A stretch of 64,000 nucleotides of DNA. Origin: Gammaproteobacteria bacterium. Its GTDB lineage: Bacteria; Pseudomonadota; Gammaproteobacteria; Ga0077536. The notes under the pieces are model-generated. The model searched no databases, was not told the DNA's origin, and saw nothing but the letters and a program-made list of their open reading frames with translations. A program made the position numbers and the translations under genes. This document shows, piece by piece, positions 1-9,172 of this stretch. Within the stretch, counting starts at the first letter, position 1, and the number at the start of each line of letters is the position of its first letter. The stretch is from assembly GCA_963662545.2 (NCBI GenBank), contig CAXXLL010000002.1, positions 2,176,001 to 2,240,000 of the forward strand, given 5' to 3'.

Positions 1-539
1 TGATGTTCGGCCAGATACATGATCTTCTGCGGCGCGCCGGCACATTTGATCGGCGGCGGCGGGAACGTAAACATCGCCGTCCCGCTCTTCAAATCGCGGA
101 TGTTCTGCCATGTCGATTCGACCGTATCGTAACTGTAGTTACTGCACAGGCCATTCTTGCCGAGATTGCCCTCGAGACCTTCGACCTTATGCCAGTCGAG
201 CTTGATGCCGGCCGCGACGACGAGGTAATCGTAGTCGACGCGATTACTGTTAATCGTCGTCAGGTGATTCGATGCGGGATCGAATTCCGCCGCCGCCTCG
301 TTGATCCAGTTGACACCCGGCGGCATCAGATCGGCCATGCGGCGCCGGGTCACTTCGCGGGGAAACATCCCACCGCCGACCATGGTCCATTGCGCCTGGT
401 AATAGTGGTAATCAGAAGGTTCGACGACCGTGATATCAAGTGAATCGCGTGAGGGTAGCTGGCGTAACGCTGCAGCGATCGCGAGACCACCAGTCCCGCC
501 GCCGACGATTACGATACGGGTTTTATTATCATCGGACAT
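1..539 (-). CDS. sqr: Sulfide:quinone oxidoreductase, type II (SqrB-like); N-terminal part, runs off the window edge
   Basis: Not in the ORF track. Manual minus-strand translation from ATG 539 gives MSDDNKTRIVIVGGGTGGLAIAAAL...EPSDYHYYQAQWTMVGGG...GLCSNY...FTFPPPPIKCAGAPQKIMYLAEH, with the GxGxxG FAD motif and the PIKCAGAPQK motif of type II SQR. GAGGGGG RBS upstream. Confidence 0.92.
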   Translation of the reverse strand, partial: MSDDNKTRIVIVGGGTGGLAIAAALRQLPSRDSLDITVVEPSDYHYYQAQWTMVGGGMFPREVTRRRMADLMPPGVNWINEAAAEFDPASNHLTTINSNRVDYDYLVVAAGIKLDWHKVEGLEGNLGKNGLCSNYSYDTVESTWQNIRDLKSGTAMFTFPPPPIKCAGAPQKIMYLAEH

Positions 540-584
540 GTTTTTTCCCCCCTCTACTTCAAACTGAGCACCGGCGCCCTCACG

Positions 585-1481
585 TCAGTGGCGCGGCTGG
601 GCGCGAAGGCGACCGTTCGCCATTTTAACGGCGACGGGCAATAACAACACGATTTCGAGGGCTACCAGTAGGGCGCCGGCGAGTAGGCGGTCTACCGCGA
701 AGGTACCGGCAACGAGAGCGCTACCCTCGATAACGATGAGGATCGCCGCTATCACCAACACGAAAACGCCAAACCCGGAGCGCAAGTGTTCGCCCGAAAT
801 GGCGTGTGCCAAGCGGCTTCCAAGCACAGTCCCGGCGATCGCGAAGGCACTGACGATCGTGGCCGAAGTCACGTCGATCGGTACGTGCGTGATATATCCG
901 GCCAATCCCGCGAAACATTTCATCGAGATGACGAGTAGGGAGGTACCGACCGCCGCGTGCATCGGCAGTCCGCCGAGCAGCGCCAGGGCCGGCACGATCA
1001 GAAACCCGCCACCGGCGCCGACGAGGCCGGTGACGAGGCCGACGACAAATCCGTCGCTCACGAGCCGCAACCAGTTTCTCTGAGGAGGCGGCGCTGAGGT
1101 GATCTCATCACTCGGCGCTTTCTTGCGCAACATGACGGTGCCGCTCGCGATCATGACACCGGCAAACAAGAGCAGAAGGACGGCGTCGGCAAAAAATATT
1201 GCGGCGCGCCCGCCGCTGTACGCGCCGGCCATTCCCGCCACCCCGAATATCAAGCCGGTCCGCCAATAGACGTTCCCCGCGCGCGAGTGCGCCAGCAATC
1301 CCGCCAGACCCGCCAGCCCGACGACCAGAAGCGAGGTGGCGATCGCGACCTTGGCGTCGAGTCCGACGATATATACGAGCAGCGGGACCGTGAGAATCGA
1401 ACCCCCGCCCCCAGTCAGCCCTAGCATCAAGCCGATGACGAGTCCGCAAGCGACGACGGTCGGGATCGAGAACGAAACCAT
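585..1481 (-). CDS. Sulfite exporter TauE/SafE family membrane protein
   Basis: Duplicated GLTGGGGSIL / GLVGAGGGFLIVP motifs, multiple hydrophobic segments, located between cytochrome c and sqr. Confidence 0.9.
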   Translation of the reverse strand: MVSFSIPTVVACGLVIGLMLGLTGGGGSILTVPLLVYIVGLDAKVAIATSLLVVGLAGLAGLLAHSRAGNVYWRTGLIFGVAGMAGAYSGGRAAIFFADAVLLLLFAGVMIASGTVMLRKKAPSDEITSAPPPQRNWLRLVSDGFVVGLVTGLVGAGGGFLIVPALALLGGLPMHAAVGTSLLVISMKCFAGLAGYITHVPIDVTSATIVSAFAIAGTVLGSRLAHAISGEHLRSGFGVFVLVIAAILIVIEGSALVAGTFAVDRLLAGALLVALEIVLLLPVAVKMANGRLRAQPRH

Positions 1482-1585
1482 GTTTGAGTTCGCCAGTTTT
1501 CCCGATCGACTATATATTACATTTCGATATAACGTTAGTAGAAATAGTTATAACGGTTTTGTTCGATTCGAGCGTCGACGGTGCC

Positions 1586-2128
1586 CTAGCGTTGGTGCCG
1601 AAGGAGCTGAGGATCCGCCTCGATGCCGATGAAACCACCACGGTTTGGCATGCGTAGGCGCCCGAGGACCTGGGCGTTCAATTCAGCGGTGGCGTCCAGC
1701 AAGCCGTTGAGATGAAGAATGTAGGCGGTGACGGCGTAGACTTCGTCATCCGTCAGTGACCAGGGTGCGTCCATCGGCATCGCGCGCCGCACGAAATCGA
1801 ACACCGTCGTCGCGTAAGGCCAGTAAGTCCCGACGTTCTGGTCAGGTGAGGCCCGCGTCAGATCGGGGTGTCCGCCAGCGAGTTCACCGCCCTGGCCACC
1901 GCGACCGGCGCGGCCGTGGCAGGACTGGCAGCGTCGGTTGAAGAGGGCGGCGCCGACCGCCGCATTACCCGCACCTGGAGGGAGTCCGGAACCGCTGGGC
2001 CCGATGATCGTATCGAGTGAGCGCACCTGCTCGGGACTCAGCTCGTGGCCCAGTGCCGGCGCCGAGGGACCTTCACCATAAGCAAAAATAGGGAGAAATA
2101 AAACAAATATAATTATATAGTTATACAA
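1586..2128 (-). CDS. Monoheme cytochrome c, SoxD-like partner of the sulfite oxidase-family molybdoprotein
   Basis: Signal peptide, GSGLPPGAG, CQSCH heme motif, VGTYWPYATTVFDFVRRAMP and MPNRGGF typical of SoxD-like cytochromes. Confidence 0.88.
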   Translation of the reverse strand: MYNYIIIFVLFLPIFAYGEGPSAPALGHELSPEQVRSLDTIIGPSGSGLPPGAGNAAVGAALFNRRCQSCHGRAGRGGQGGELAGGHPDLTRASPDQNVGTYWPYATTVFDFVRRAMPMDAPWSLTDDEVYAVTAYILHLNGLLDATAELNAQVLGRLRMPNRGGFIGIEADPQLLRHQR

Positions 2129-2139
2129 GTAATTTAATC

Positions 2140-3471
2140 TTAATCATCATTAATGAACAAGCCATCAAATTCGGTCTCGACCGGTACGGCATCAACATAG
2201 GTATGGCGCACGCGGCCATCGGACGCGACGGCCCAGCTCACGATCGCATTGTAATGGTAATAGCCGTGCCGACCGCGTTCAGCGATGAGTGCCGCGCGTG
2301 CCGGCTGTACGCGACCCGTTTCGTCCGTGGCACGGCTCTGCAGCACCGCTTTCTGGCCGCGCCAGTGCCACGGGATACGAAAACGTGTAAAGCATCGTGG
2401 CAACATCGGCTCGTTCAGGGCGGCTTCCGCCCATGAAAGACCGCCGTCGGCAGAGATCTCGACCCGCGTGATACGGCCGTATCCAGACCAGGCGAGTCCC
2501 GATATTTCATAAAAACCGGTGGCCTCGAGGTGCATTTCCGCCGATGGCGAGGTGATTAGCGACTTCGGTTGCATGGTGAATGTGAACATGCGCGCCCGCC
2601 CGTCGGGCAACAGCTCTGTGTATTTCGAGGTCTCATTCCTGGCCATCGCAGGTTCCGAAGAAATCTTCATGCTCTTCAGCCACTTGACGTTCAGAACGCC
2701 TTCCCAGCCGGGCACGAGGAGACGCACCGGATAACCCTGTTCGGGACGCAGCCGCTCGCCATTCTGGAACAGCGCCAGAAGACAATCGTCGAGCGCCTTG
2801 TCGAGCGGAATACTGACCGTCATCGAAAATGCATCCGCGCCCTCGGCGATCAACCATCGCGCCCCGGACTCAAGCCCGGCTTCTTTGAGCAAATAGCGCA
2901 GCGGAACCCCGGTCCATTCGCTGCAGGACACCAGCCCGTGGAAATAGCCGGCCGCGACCTGCACCGGGTTGCTGCGCCAACCCGCGTTGCTGTTGCCGCC
3001 ACATTCGATGAAGCAAAGGGTCGAATGCCGCGGATAGCGCAAGAGCGCCGCCAGGTCGAATTCGAGCGCCCGCCGGACGGCACCGAATACACGTACTTTA
3101 TGAGCGGCGGGGTCGATTTCAGGAATACCGTTGTGATGGCGTTCGTAGTGCAGACCGTTCGGCGTGATCGTGCCGTCGAGTTCATGCAGGGGCGACCACG
3201 AAATGCCGTTGCCCGGCACCAGGTCATTGGCCACGATCCAGCGGATTACCTGGCGCTCATGGGGTGAAACCCGGCCGTAATTGGAAAAGGGGAGACCCGG
3301 TACTTTCTGCCAGGCTTCGAGCGCTGCGCGAACCTCAGCGTGGCTGGTGCCAGGCAGCGCCGAGGCGCTCGCAAAAGCGGCCGCGCTCGTCAAGAATAGC
3401 CTGCGATCGAGTAGCCCGTTACCGGCCACGGGGCGTGGATTGGATTCCGAAATGATTGATTTCCGGGTCAT
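2140..3471 (-). CDS. soxC: Sulfite dehydrogenase / SoxC-type molybdoprotein, Tat-exported
   Basis: Twin-arginine motif LLDRRLFL, ITPNGLHYERHH, Mo-ligating Cys in IECGGN, LRPEQGYPVRL and SRATDETG. ATG 3471 preferred over the upstream TTG of the ORF track. Confidence 0.88.
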   Translation of the reverse strand: MTRKSIISESNPRPVAGNGLLDRRLFLTSAAAFASASALPGTSHAEVRAALEAWQKVPGLPFSNYGRVSPHERQVIRWIVANDLVPGNGISWSPLHELDGTITPNGLHYERHHNGIPEIDPAAHKVRVFGAVRRALEFDLAALLRYPRHSTLCFIECGGNSNAGWRSNPVQVAAGYFHGLVSCSEWTGVPLRYLLKEAGLESGARWLIAEGADAFSMTVSIPLDKALDDCLLALFQNGERLRPEQGYPVRLLVPGWEGVLNVKWLKSMKISSEPAMARNETSKYTELLPDGRARMFTFTMQPKSLITSPSAEMHLEATGFYEISGLAWSGYGRITRVEISADGGLSWAEAALNEPMLPRCFTRFRIPWHWRGQKAVLQSRATDETGRVQPARAALIAERGRHGYYHYNAIVSWAVASDGRVRHTYVDAVPVETEFDGLFINDD

Positions 3472-4003
3472 TTTGCCGATATTACGGCGGGCGGTCCTTA
3501 TTCCTCGCAATGCCCGCCGATAGTCAAAACCCGCCGAGGAAGTGCGGCATGCTCATACGATCGACGGTTTAGCGCAAGCCTGAAGTTCGTTATCGGCGCT
3601 GGGGCAGCCTAGCGCTGGGGTTCATTTGTGGTGTCCGTCGACACTGATTATGTAAAAAACCACCAGTGGTAAAGAACACCCGGATACATAATGAGAAATT
3701 GAATTAATATCGATCTAATTTATATTTAAAATTAGATATTTATATAATTTAATTAATGTAAATAATACTTTATGACGAACGATTCCATCGGCTAATTGTC
3801 CGTCCTCGAGCGGCGATTTGACCACGGGATTAGCCGTACCTCTGCGAACCCAGCTGCGGGTAACTGGGATCTCGCGACCGGAAACTATCACGGCTCCGGT
3901 CCTGACAATCAGTGCCGATTGTTTAGATCGGCTCGGAGCGAACGCTCCATACGCACTTTTCGAAACACTGGGATCAGTAATCGCTGCACTGGCGGCTTTG
4001 TTA

Positions 4004-4031
4004 TGTTCGCATAATGTATATTATGTTAAAT
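4004..4031 (+). other. dif: Chromosome dimer resolution site dif (XerC/XerD)
   Basis: TGTTCGCATAA-TGTATA-TTATGTTAAAT differs at 2 positions from E. coli dif GGTGCGCATAA-TGTATA-TTATGTTAAAT. XerD arm and 6-bp spacer are identical. Intergenic. Confidence 0.93.
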
Positions 4032-4283
4032 AGGGGATCTGTACGGACAAACACTTGAAAACTGAGTGGGCGCTTACGTGTATCGGCCCGCCCGCCTCTC
4101 CGCTTGATCAACGAACGCCTCCACCCGAACCATCCGCCATCGCGCGCACGGTGAATCTAGTGCACCAACCGCAGTAAATCCGCTCAACCGGCGGTCAGTA
4201 CCGCCTTCGAACCCTGCGAAAGGAAAATTTCCAATGGAAAACTGCGACTTCGTGAGCTTCGGCCACTTCGTATCGGTTGGCGC

Positions 4284-5693
4284 TCAGGCGGCAAGCGGCG
4301 GCCTGAGGCCCCGCCAGTCGGCGGCCGACTGCCAGACGTAGCCGGCGCGGCACAGCAGCGCCTCCTCGAAATGACGCCCTACGAGTTGGAAGGCTAGCGG
4401 TGAACCGTTCTTATCGAGCCCGGCCGGCAGCGTGATCGTCGGCGCACCGGTCATGTCGTTGACACAGGTGTAATAGATCAGATTTGCGAGACCATTCTCC
4501 TTGGCACACAAGGCATCAAATTCTTTGATGGTCGGATTCAATATACCAACGATAGGCGTGAGCATTAGATCGATGGACTGGAACACCTCGTTCATCTGTC
4601 CCCGAAAATTTCGGCGGGCGATCTCGGCGCGCGCATACTCCATGCCAGTCACGGCCCGCCCCGCGGTTAGAAAGCCGCCGTATACATCGCTGTAACCGCG
4701 TTTTTTCGCCGGATAGCTGTCAGCGTGCGCGAGGGCGGCTTCCGCCGTACAAATGGGTGTCCACGCGTCGATGGCGGGCTTCACATCGGGCATGGTAAAC
4801 GTGACGATAACCGCACCCGCCGCTTTCAAGGTCCGGAGCACGCGTTCCAGCATCTTCCTGACCTCGGGGTGTGCTCCGGTCATAGCGTACTTACGATCGA
4901 ACCCAACCCGCACATTCTTGATCCCTTTGCGGATCCCTCGCAGATAATCCGGAACGGCCACCGATGAACTCGAGGGATCGTTGCGATCACGCCCGGCGAT
5001 TGCGCGCAGCATAGCCGCTGCATCCTCGACCGACCGCGTCAACGGCCCGACGTGATCGAGTGTCTCCGAAAGAGGAAAGACGCCGTAACGGCTGACCCGC
5101 CCCCAGGTCGGCTTCAGTCCTACCACACCATTTGCGAATGCCGGGAATCGAATCGAACCACCGGTGTCGCTACCGAGCGTGCCGTAGGCCAGTCCTGCAG
5201 CAGACGCCGCACCCGCACCGCTCGACGACGCGCCGCTCCAACGATTCCGTGACCAGGGATTGACCGGCGGATCGACGTTGGGGTGGTGCAACGCCAGGGC
5301 GCCTTCGGTCAACTGGAGCTTGCCGAGCAGCACCGCCCCTGCTTCGCGTAGCCGAGTCACTACGGTCGCATCGTGCGTCGGTACGCGGTTACGGAACATC
5401 GGGATACCGGCGGCGGTCACCGTACCCTTCGTATTGCAGAGATCTTTGACGGCGACAGGCACGCCATGGAGCGGCCCGCGTACGCGGCCCTGCATGATTT
5501 CGCGCTCACAGCGCCGCGCCTGTCGCACCGCCTGCTCTGTCATCACCGTCGCGTAGCATTTCAGCTTCGGCTGAAGACGCTCGATCCGTTCGAGCATGAA
5601 ACGTGTCACCTCGACCGGTGAAAGTTTTCGCTTACCGATCTGCCTGCCAAGCTCTACGAGCCCCATGAATGCCAGGTCCGAATCCATCGCCAT
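4284..5693 (-). CDS. Amidase signature family enzyme
   Basis: GPLHGVPVAVKDL, Ser-rich GASSSG and GSDTGGSIRFPA motifs (Ser-cisSer-Lys triad). GGAGG RBS. Confidence 0.93.
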   Translation of the reverse strand: MAMDSDLAFMGLVELGRQIGKRKLSPVEVTRFMLERIERLQPKLKCYATVMTEQAVRQARRCEREIMQGRVRGPLHGVPVAVKDLCNTKGTVTAAGIPMFRNRVPTHDATVVTRLREAGAVLLGKLQLTEGALALHHPNVDPPVNPWSRNRWSGASSSGAGAASAAGLAYGTLGSDTGGSIRFPAFANGVVGLKPTWGRVSRYGVFPLSETLDHVGPLTRSVEDAAAMLRAIAGRDRNDPSSSSVAVPDYLRGIRKGIKNVRVGFDRKYAMTGAHPEVRKMLERVLRTLKAAGAVIVTFTMPDVKPAIDAWTPICTAEAALAHADSYPAKKRGYSDVYGGFLTAGRAVTGMEYARAEIARRNFRGQMNEVFQSIDLMLTPIVGILNPTIKEFDALCAKENGLANLIYYTCVNDMTGAPTITLPAGLDKNGSPLAFQLVGRHFEEALLCRAGYVWQSAADWRGLRPPLAA

Positions 5694-6163
5694 ATCCTCC
5701 TCTAAGGAACCTCTGAATAAGTCATGGTGCGTCTGAATTGTTCATGAAATTGTGCAGATCAAGGCACGAAGCGCAGGCAATAGCGGGGACTATTGGCAAG
5801 CTTCGTAACGCGGAGCTGCGCGATTTCATGGGCAAGGCAAATGGGCCATGACTTATTCAGTGGTTCCCTTAATACCCGTTGTTTGATCGCCCGCTGGCTA
5901 AATGCGTCGCAGTTGAGCTTGAACGGCCGCACCTGAATGCGAAGCAACCCGTTCGTCTCGTCGATCGCTTGGTTGATCTTGCGCCGAGCCATCGTAAGCT
6001 CGGAAAAAATAGTCGTTCGAGCGCCATTCAACAGACGAATACCATCCGTACCATTAGCAGCTATAGCGGGCCGGCGATAGGTTTCGTCAAGCTGTGCGAG
6101 ACTCGCGTATCGACTGTTCGGCGAATGATACACTCGCGACACGCGATAGATTAGGAATAACCG

Positions 6164-7255
6164 ATGGCCAGCATGAGCCAGATCGAATGGGAGCCGTGTC
6201 TCCTGACGCAGCACCCCGCGCCTGAGCTCGAACGTCGTTTCGCGCGCGAAACCGGTCGGCCCGGCCAGCTGATGCGCTTCTTCGAAGGGTCGCCGTGGAC
6301 CGCCGATACGATGCTGCGCGTGTCGGTGCAGATCATGACGTTCGTGCGCATCGATCCCAATCTGGTCGACCAGGTTGGCCTGGTGGTAAGCCAGGACAAC
6401 TCCTGCCGCTTCTGTTTCGGCATGCAGCGTGCCTTTCTGCGAGTGCTCGGCACGAGCGAAAAGCGCATCGCCCGCTTGGAGCAGGATCTGTTAACCGGCG
6501 ATTTCAATCCGCGCGAACGCGCCGCGCTCGACTTCGCGCGGCGCGTGTCGCAATCGAAACCGTTGACCTCGGCGTCCGATCTCGTGCCGCTCAGAGAAGT
6601 CGGCTTCAGCGAAGAGGAGATCGTCGAGCTTGCCGGGCTCATCGGTATGCACCTCTTCTTGAATCGTATGTCGACCTTCGTCGCGCTACCACCGCAACGG
6701 ATGGAAGATTTTCCCGACCACTGGTGGATGCGGATCATACGCCCGCTGATCGCGGTGAAGTTTCGTCGCATGCGCCACCGCAGCAAGCCGGTGGCGTTGC
6801 TTGACTCGGAGAAAACCGGACCGATGAGCGCCTTCGTCAATGCGCTCGACGGCCTGCCGATGGCGCGCGATCTGCGCCTCATGATCGACCGGCTGTGGGG
6901 GTCTTCATCGCTGCCGCCACGCACCGTATCGCTGCTGTTCGCGGTGGTGGCCCGCGCGCTGGACTCGACGCGCTGCCAGCAGGAAGCCAAACAGATGCTG
7001 CTGGAACAGAACTTCGCCGAGGCGGATATCGACCAGGTGCTCACCCACCTGTCCTCCCCTATCCTCTCCGAAATCGAGGCCTTGCTAATACCACTGGCGC
7101 GAGAGACGGTGTGGTACCAGCCGGCGCAGATCCAGCGGCGTTGCGCCGAGCTGCAGTCGCAACTGCCTCACGAGCAGTTTCTCGATTTTCTCGGCGCGGT
7201 GTCGCTGTTGAATTCGCTGTGCCGTCTTGGGGTGATCGTCGGCATGCGCGCATGA
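6164..7255 (+). CDS. AhpD/carboxymuconolactone decarboxylase-like protein with two domains and a CxxC
   Basis: VSQDNSCRFC resembles the AhpD SxxNxCxxC motif, followed by ERAALDFARR and GFSEEEIVEL; a second degenerate CMD-like half follows. Confidence 0.75.
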   Translation: MASMSQIEWEPCLLTQHPAPELERRFARETGRPGQLMRFFEGSPWTADTMLRVSVQIMTFVRIDPNLVDQVGLVVSQDNSCRFCFGMQRAFLRVLGTSEKRIARLEQDLLTGDFNPRERAALDFARRVSQSKPLTSASDLVPLREVGFSEEEIVELAGLIGMHLFLNRMSTFVALPPQRMEDFPDHWWMRIIRPLIAVKFRRMRHRSKPVALLDSEKTGPMSAFVNALDGLPMARDLRLMIDRLWGSSSLPPRTVSLLFAVVARALDSTRCQQEAKQMLLEQNFAEADIDQVLTHLSSPILSEIEALLIPLARETVWYQPAQIQRRCAELQSQLPHEQFLDFLGAVSLLNSLCRLGVIVGMRA

Positions 7256-8016
7256 GCCCATGGCTTGGCGCGGCGCTCGGCGCCGCAATCCTCATTATCG
7301 GCGTGTTCGCGTGGCGCGCCGAACGTGAATCGAAACTCTTGCTGCGACGTCTCAAGGCGGCGGCCTCCGAACTCGAAAACCTGCAGATGGCCTTCAGCCG
7401 TTTTGCACCCGATGAAGTGATCGAGCGCATCATCGCCGAGGGTGTCACCGACTTCGGAGAAAAGAAAGAGGTGATGGTTTTGTTCGCCGATCTGGTCGGC
7501 TTTACTGCGTTGAGCGAGAACCTGGAACCGCGCGTACTGGTGGGCGTGCTGAATGGCTACTTCGAACGCATGAGCCAGGCCATCGGGGATCATCGCGGCT
7601 ACGTTTCTACGTTTATCGGCGATGGGATCCTGGCCTTTTTTGGGGCCACGGATCCCAATCCCTGGCAGGGCGACGACAGCGTACACGCCGCGCTCGCCAT
7701 GCGTGCGGCGCTGGCGGACTATAACCGCGAACTGGCGAGCCGGGATTTGCCCCAGCTCTTGGTCGGGATCGGTCTGCATCGCGGCACGGGCGTAGTGGGC
7801 CTCGTCGGCAGCCAGCGGCTGAAGGAGTTCGCCTTCGTCGGGCGTACCGTGAACGTGGCGGCGCGCGTGCAGGATCTGACGCGACAGTTTGCGGTCGATA
7901 TCATCCTCACCGAGACGCTCAAACAGACCGTCGACCCGAGTTTCCCAATGCGTGCCTTGCCGGACACCTCGGTGAAAGGCGTCGAGAAGCCGCTCGCGAT
8001 CCACGCGCTGGATTAA
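7252..8016 (+). CDS. Membrane-anchored class III nucleotide (adenylate/guanylate-type) cyclase
   Basis: ATG 7252 overlaps the upstream stop (ATGA). N-terminal TM helix and coiled coil, then VLFADLVGFT, FIGDG, GIGLHRG and TVNVAAR motifs. Confidence 0.88.
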   Translation: MSPWLGAALGAAILIIGVFAWRAERESKLLLRRLKAAASELENLQMAFSRFAPDEVIERIIAEGVTDFGEKKEVMVLFADLVGFTALSENLEPRVLVGVLNGYFERMSQAIGDHRGYVSTFIGDGILAFFGATDPNPWQGDDSVHAALAMRAALADYNRELASRDLPQLLVGIGLHRGTGVVGLVGSQRLKEFAFVGRTVNVAARVQDLTRQFAVDIILTETLKQTVDPSFPMRALPDTSVKGVEKPLAIHALD

Positions 8017-8061
8017 GTAATAAGTAGGATCAGATGAGGTTTTTATCTCAAATTTATTTAA

Positions 8062-8763
8062 GTGAACGATAAGGTATGTCTAATTAGCGGCGTTGGCCCC
8101 GGCACCGGCACAGCGCTCAGTAAACGATTCGCGGCCGGTGGATACCGCGTCGCGATGCTCGCGCGCGATGAAGCTCGGCTCAAACGTCTTGAAGCTGAGA
8201 TTGGCGGTGCAGCGGGCTACGTCTGCGACGTGGCGGATGAATCGGCGGTAAACGCGACTGTCGAGCAGGTAGTCACGCACTTAGGGCAACCCGAGATCCT
8301 CATCCACAACGCCGTCCGCGGCACGTTCGGCACGTTCCTCGAAATCGATCCCGGCGATCTGAATCGCAATTTCCAAATCAATACGATAGGGTTTCTCTAT
8401 CTCGCCCGCGCGCTCGCGCCGGCAATGCTTGACGCAGGGCGTGGGTTCATCATGGCCACCGGCAACACGTCCGCTCTACGCGGAAAACCGCGTTTCGCCT
8501 CTTTCGCCCCCACCAAAGCTGCCCAACGCATCCTGGCCGAAGCGATGGCCCGCGAAATCGGGCCTAAGGGCGTACACGTTGCCTACCTCGTTATCGATGC
8601 CGTGATTGACCTCGAGTGGACCCGGGAGATGATGGACGACAAACCGGACGAGTACTTCATCCAACCCGACGCCATCGCGGAAACCGTCTACCAGGTTGCG
8701 CACCAAGAGCCTTCGGCATGGTCTTTCAACGTGGAAGTGCGGCCTTTCGGAGAAGCCTGGTAA
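8062..8763 (+). CDS. Short-chain dehydrogenase/reductase
   Basis: GVGPGTG Rossmann motif, HNA, F..TKAAQR and GVHVAYLVIDAVID. Confidence 0.9.
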   Translation: MNDKVCLISGVGPGTGTALSKRFAAGGYRVAMLARDEARLKRLEAEIGGAAGYVCDVADESAVNATVEQVVTHLGQPEILIHNAVRGTFGTFLEIDPGDLNRNFQINTIGFLYLARALAPAMLDAGRGFIMATGNTSALRGKPRFASFAPTKAAQRILAEAMAREIGPKGVHVAYLVIDAVIDLEWTREMMDDKPDEYFIQPDAIAETVYQVAHQEPSAWSFNVEVRPFGEAW

Positions 8764-8776
8764 GTTACAACCGAGG

Positions 8777-8832
8777 GATCAGGGTCTGGTTTGCCGTATT
8801 TTTAGGTAGCAGTGAAAGACCTGTCCCTGTTT
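8777..8832. repeat. Degenerate REP-like palindrome (CAGGGTCTGGT...AGACCTGTCCCTG)
   Basis: Imperfect inverted repeat at the boundary of a low-GC islet; same class as those at 21970 and 27552. Confidence 0.4.
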
Positions 8833-8895
8833 TATTGCCGAAGAAAAATAGAGCTGAGCGCTTCGGTGTTCAAGGGTGTCCCGAAATATTATCTA

Positions 8896-9150
8896 TTAAT
8901 TCGGCATCAGCAAAATAATAATTGTTGTTGTAACGACCAGGGTAATGGTCACGGGGCCAACAATACACACGATCAACCATGCGACACCAGTGCGCTTTGC
9001 CAGGTTGAGCGTCCAACCATGAGATGGATTCCGCTTCGGAACAAACGTTCTTAAATCAGCATGGCTAAAATAAACACACCACCTCTTTGAACCTGCCGTC
9101 CAGTTTTCCGGCTTCTCCCATTCCGCCCTGTTTATTTCGTCCTGAGTCAT
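8896..9150 (-). CDS. Small membrane protein, DUF5808-like
   Basis: MTQDEINRAEWEKPENW...VYFSHADLRTFVPKRNPSHGWTLNLA plus a C-terminal TM segment; YFxxxD..FVPKR..GWTLN is the DUF5808-type pattern. Confidence 0.7.
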   Translation of the reverse strand: MTQDEINRAEWEKPENWTAGSKRWCVYFSHADLRTFVPKRNPSHGWTLNLAKRTGVAWLIVCIVGPVTITLVVTTTIIILLMPN

Positions 9151-9172
9151 AATTGAATTAGTAGCAAACCTG

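Noticed and set aside
3-443. Plus-strand 146-aa ORF
   Set aside because: Antisense shadow of the sqr gene, which carries clear motifs on the minus strand.
3630-3660. Second dif-like site (TTATGTAAA)
   Set aside because: Only a partial XerD-arm resemblance, with no XerC arm at the right spacing.
6895-7251. N-terminal extension of the cyclase ORF
   Set aside because: Overlaps the AhpD-like gene; the ATGA-coupled start at 7252 precedes a TM helix and is more plausible.
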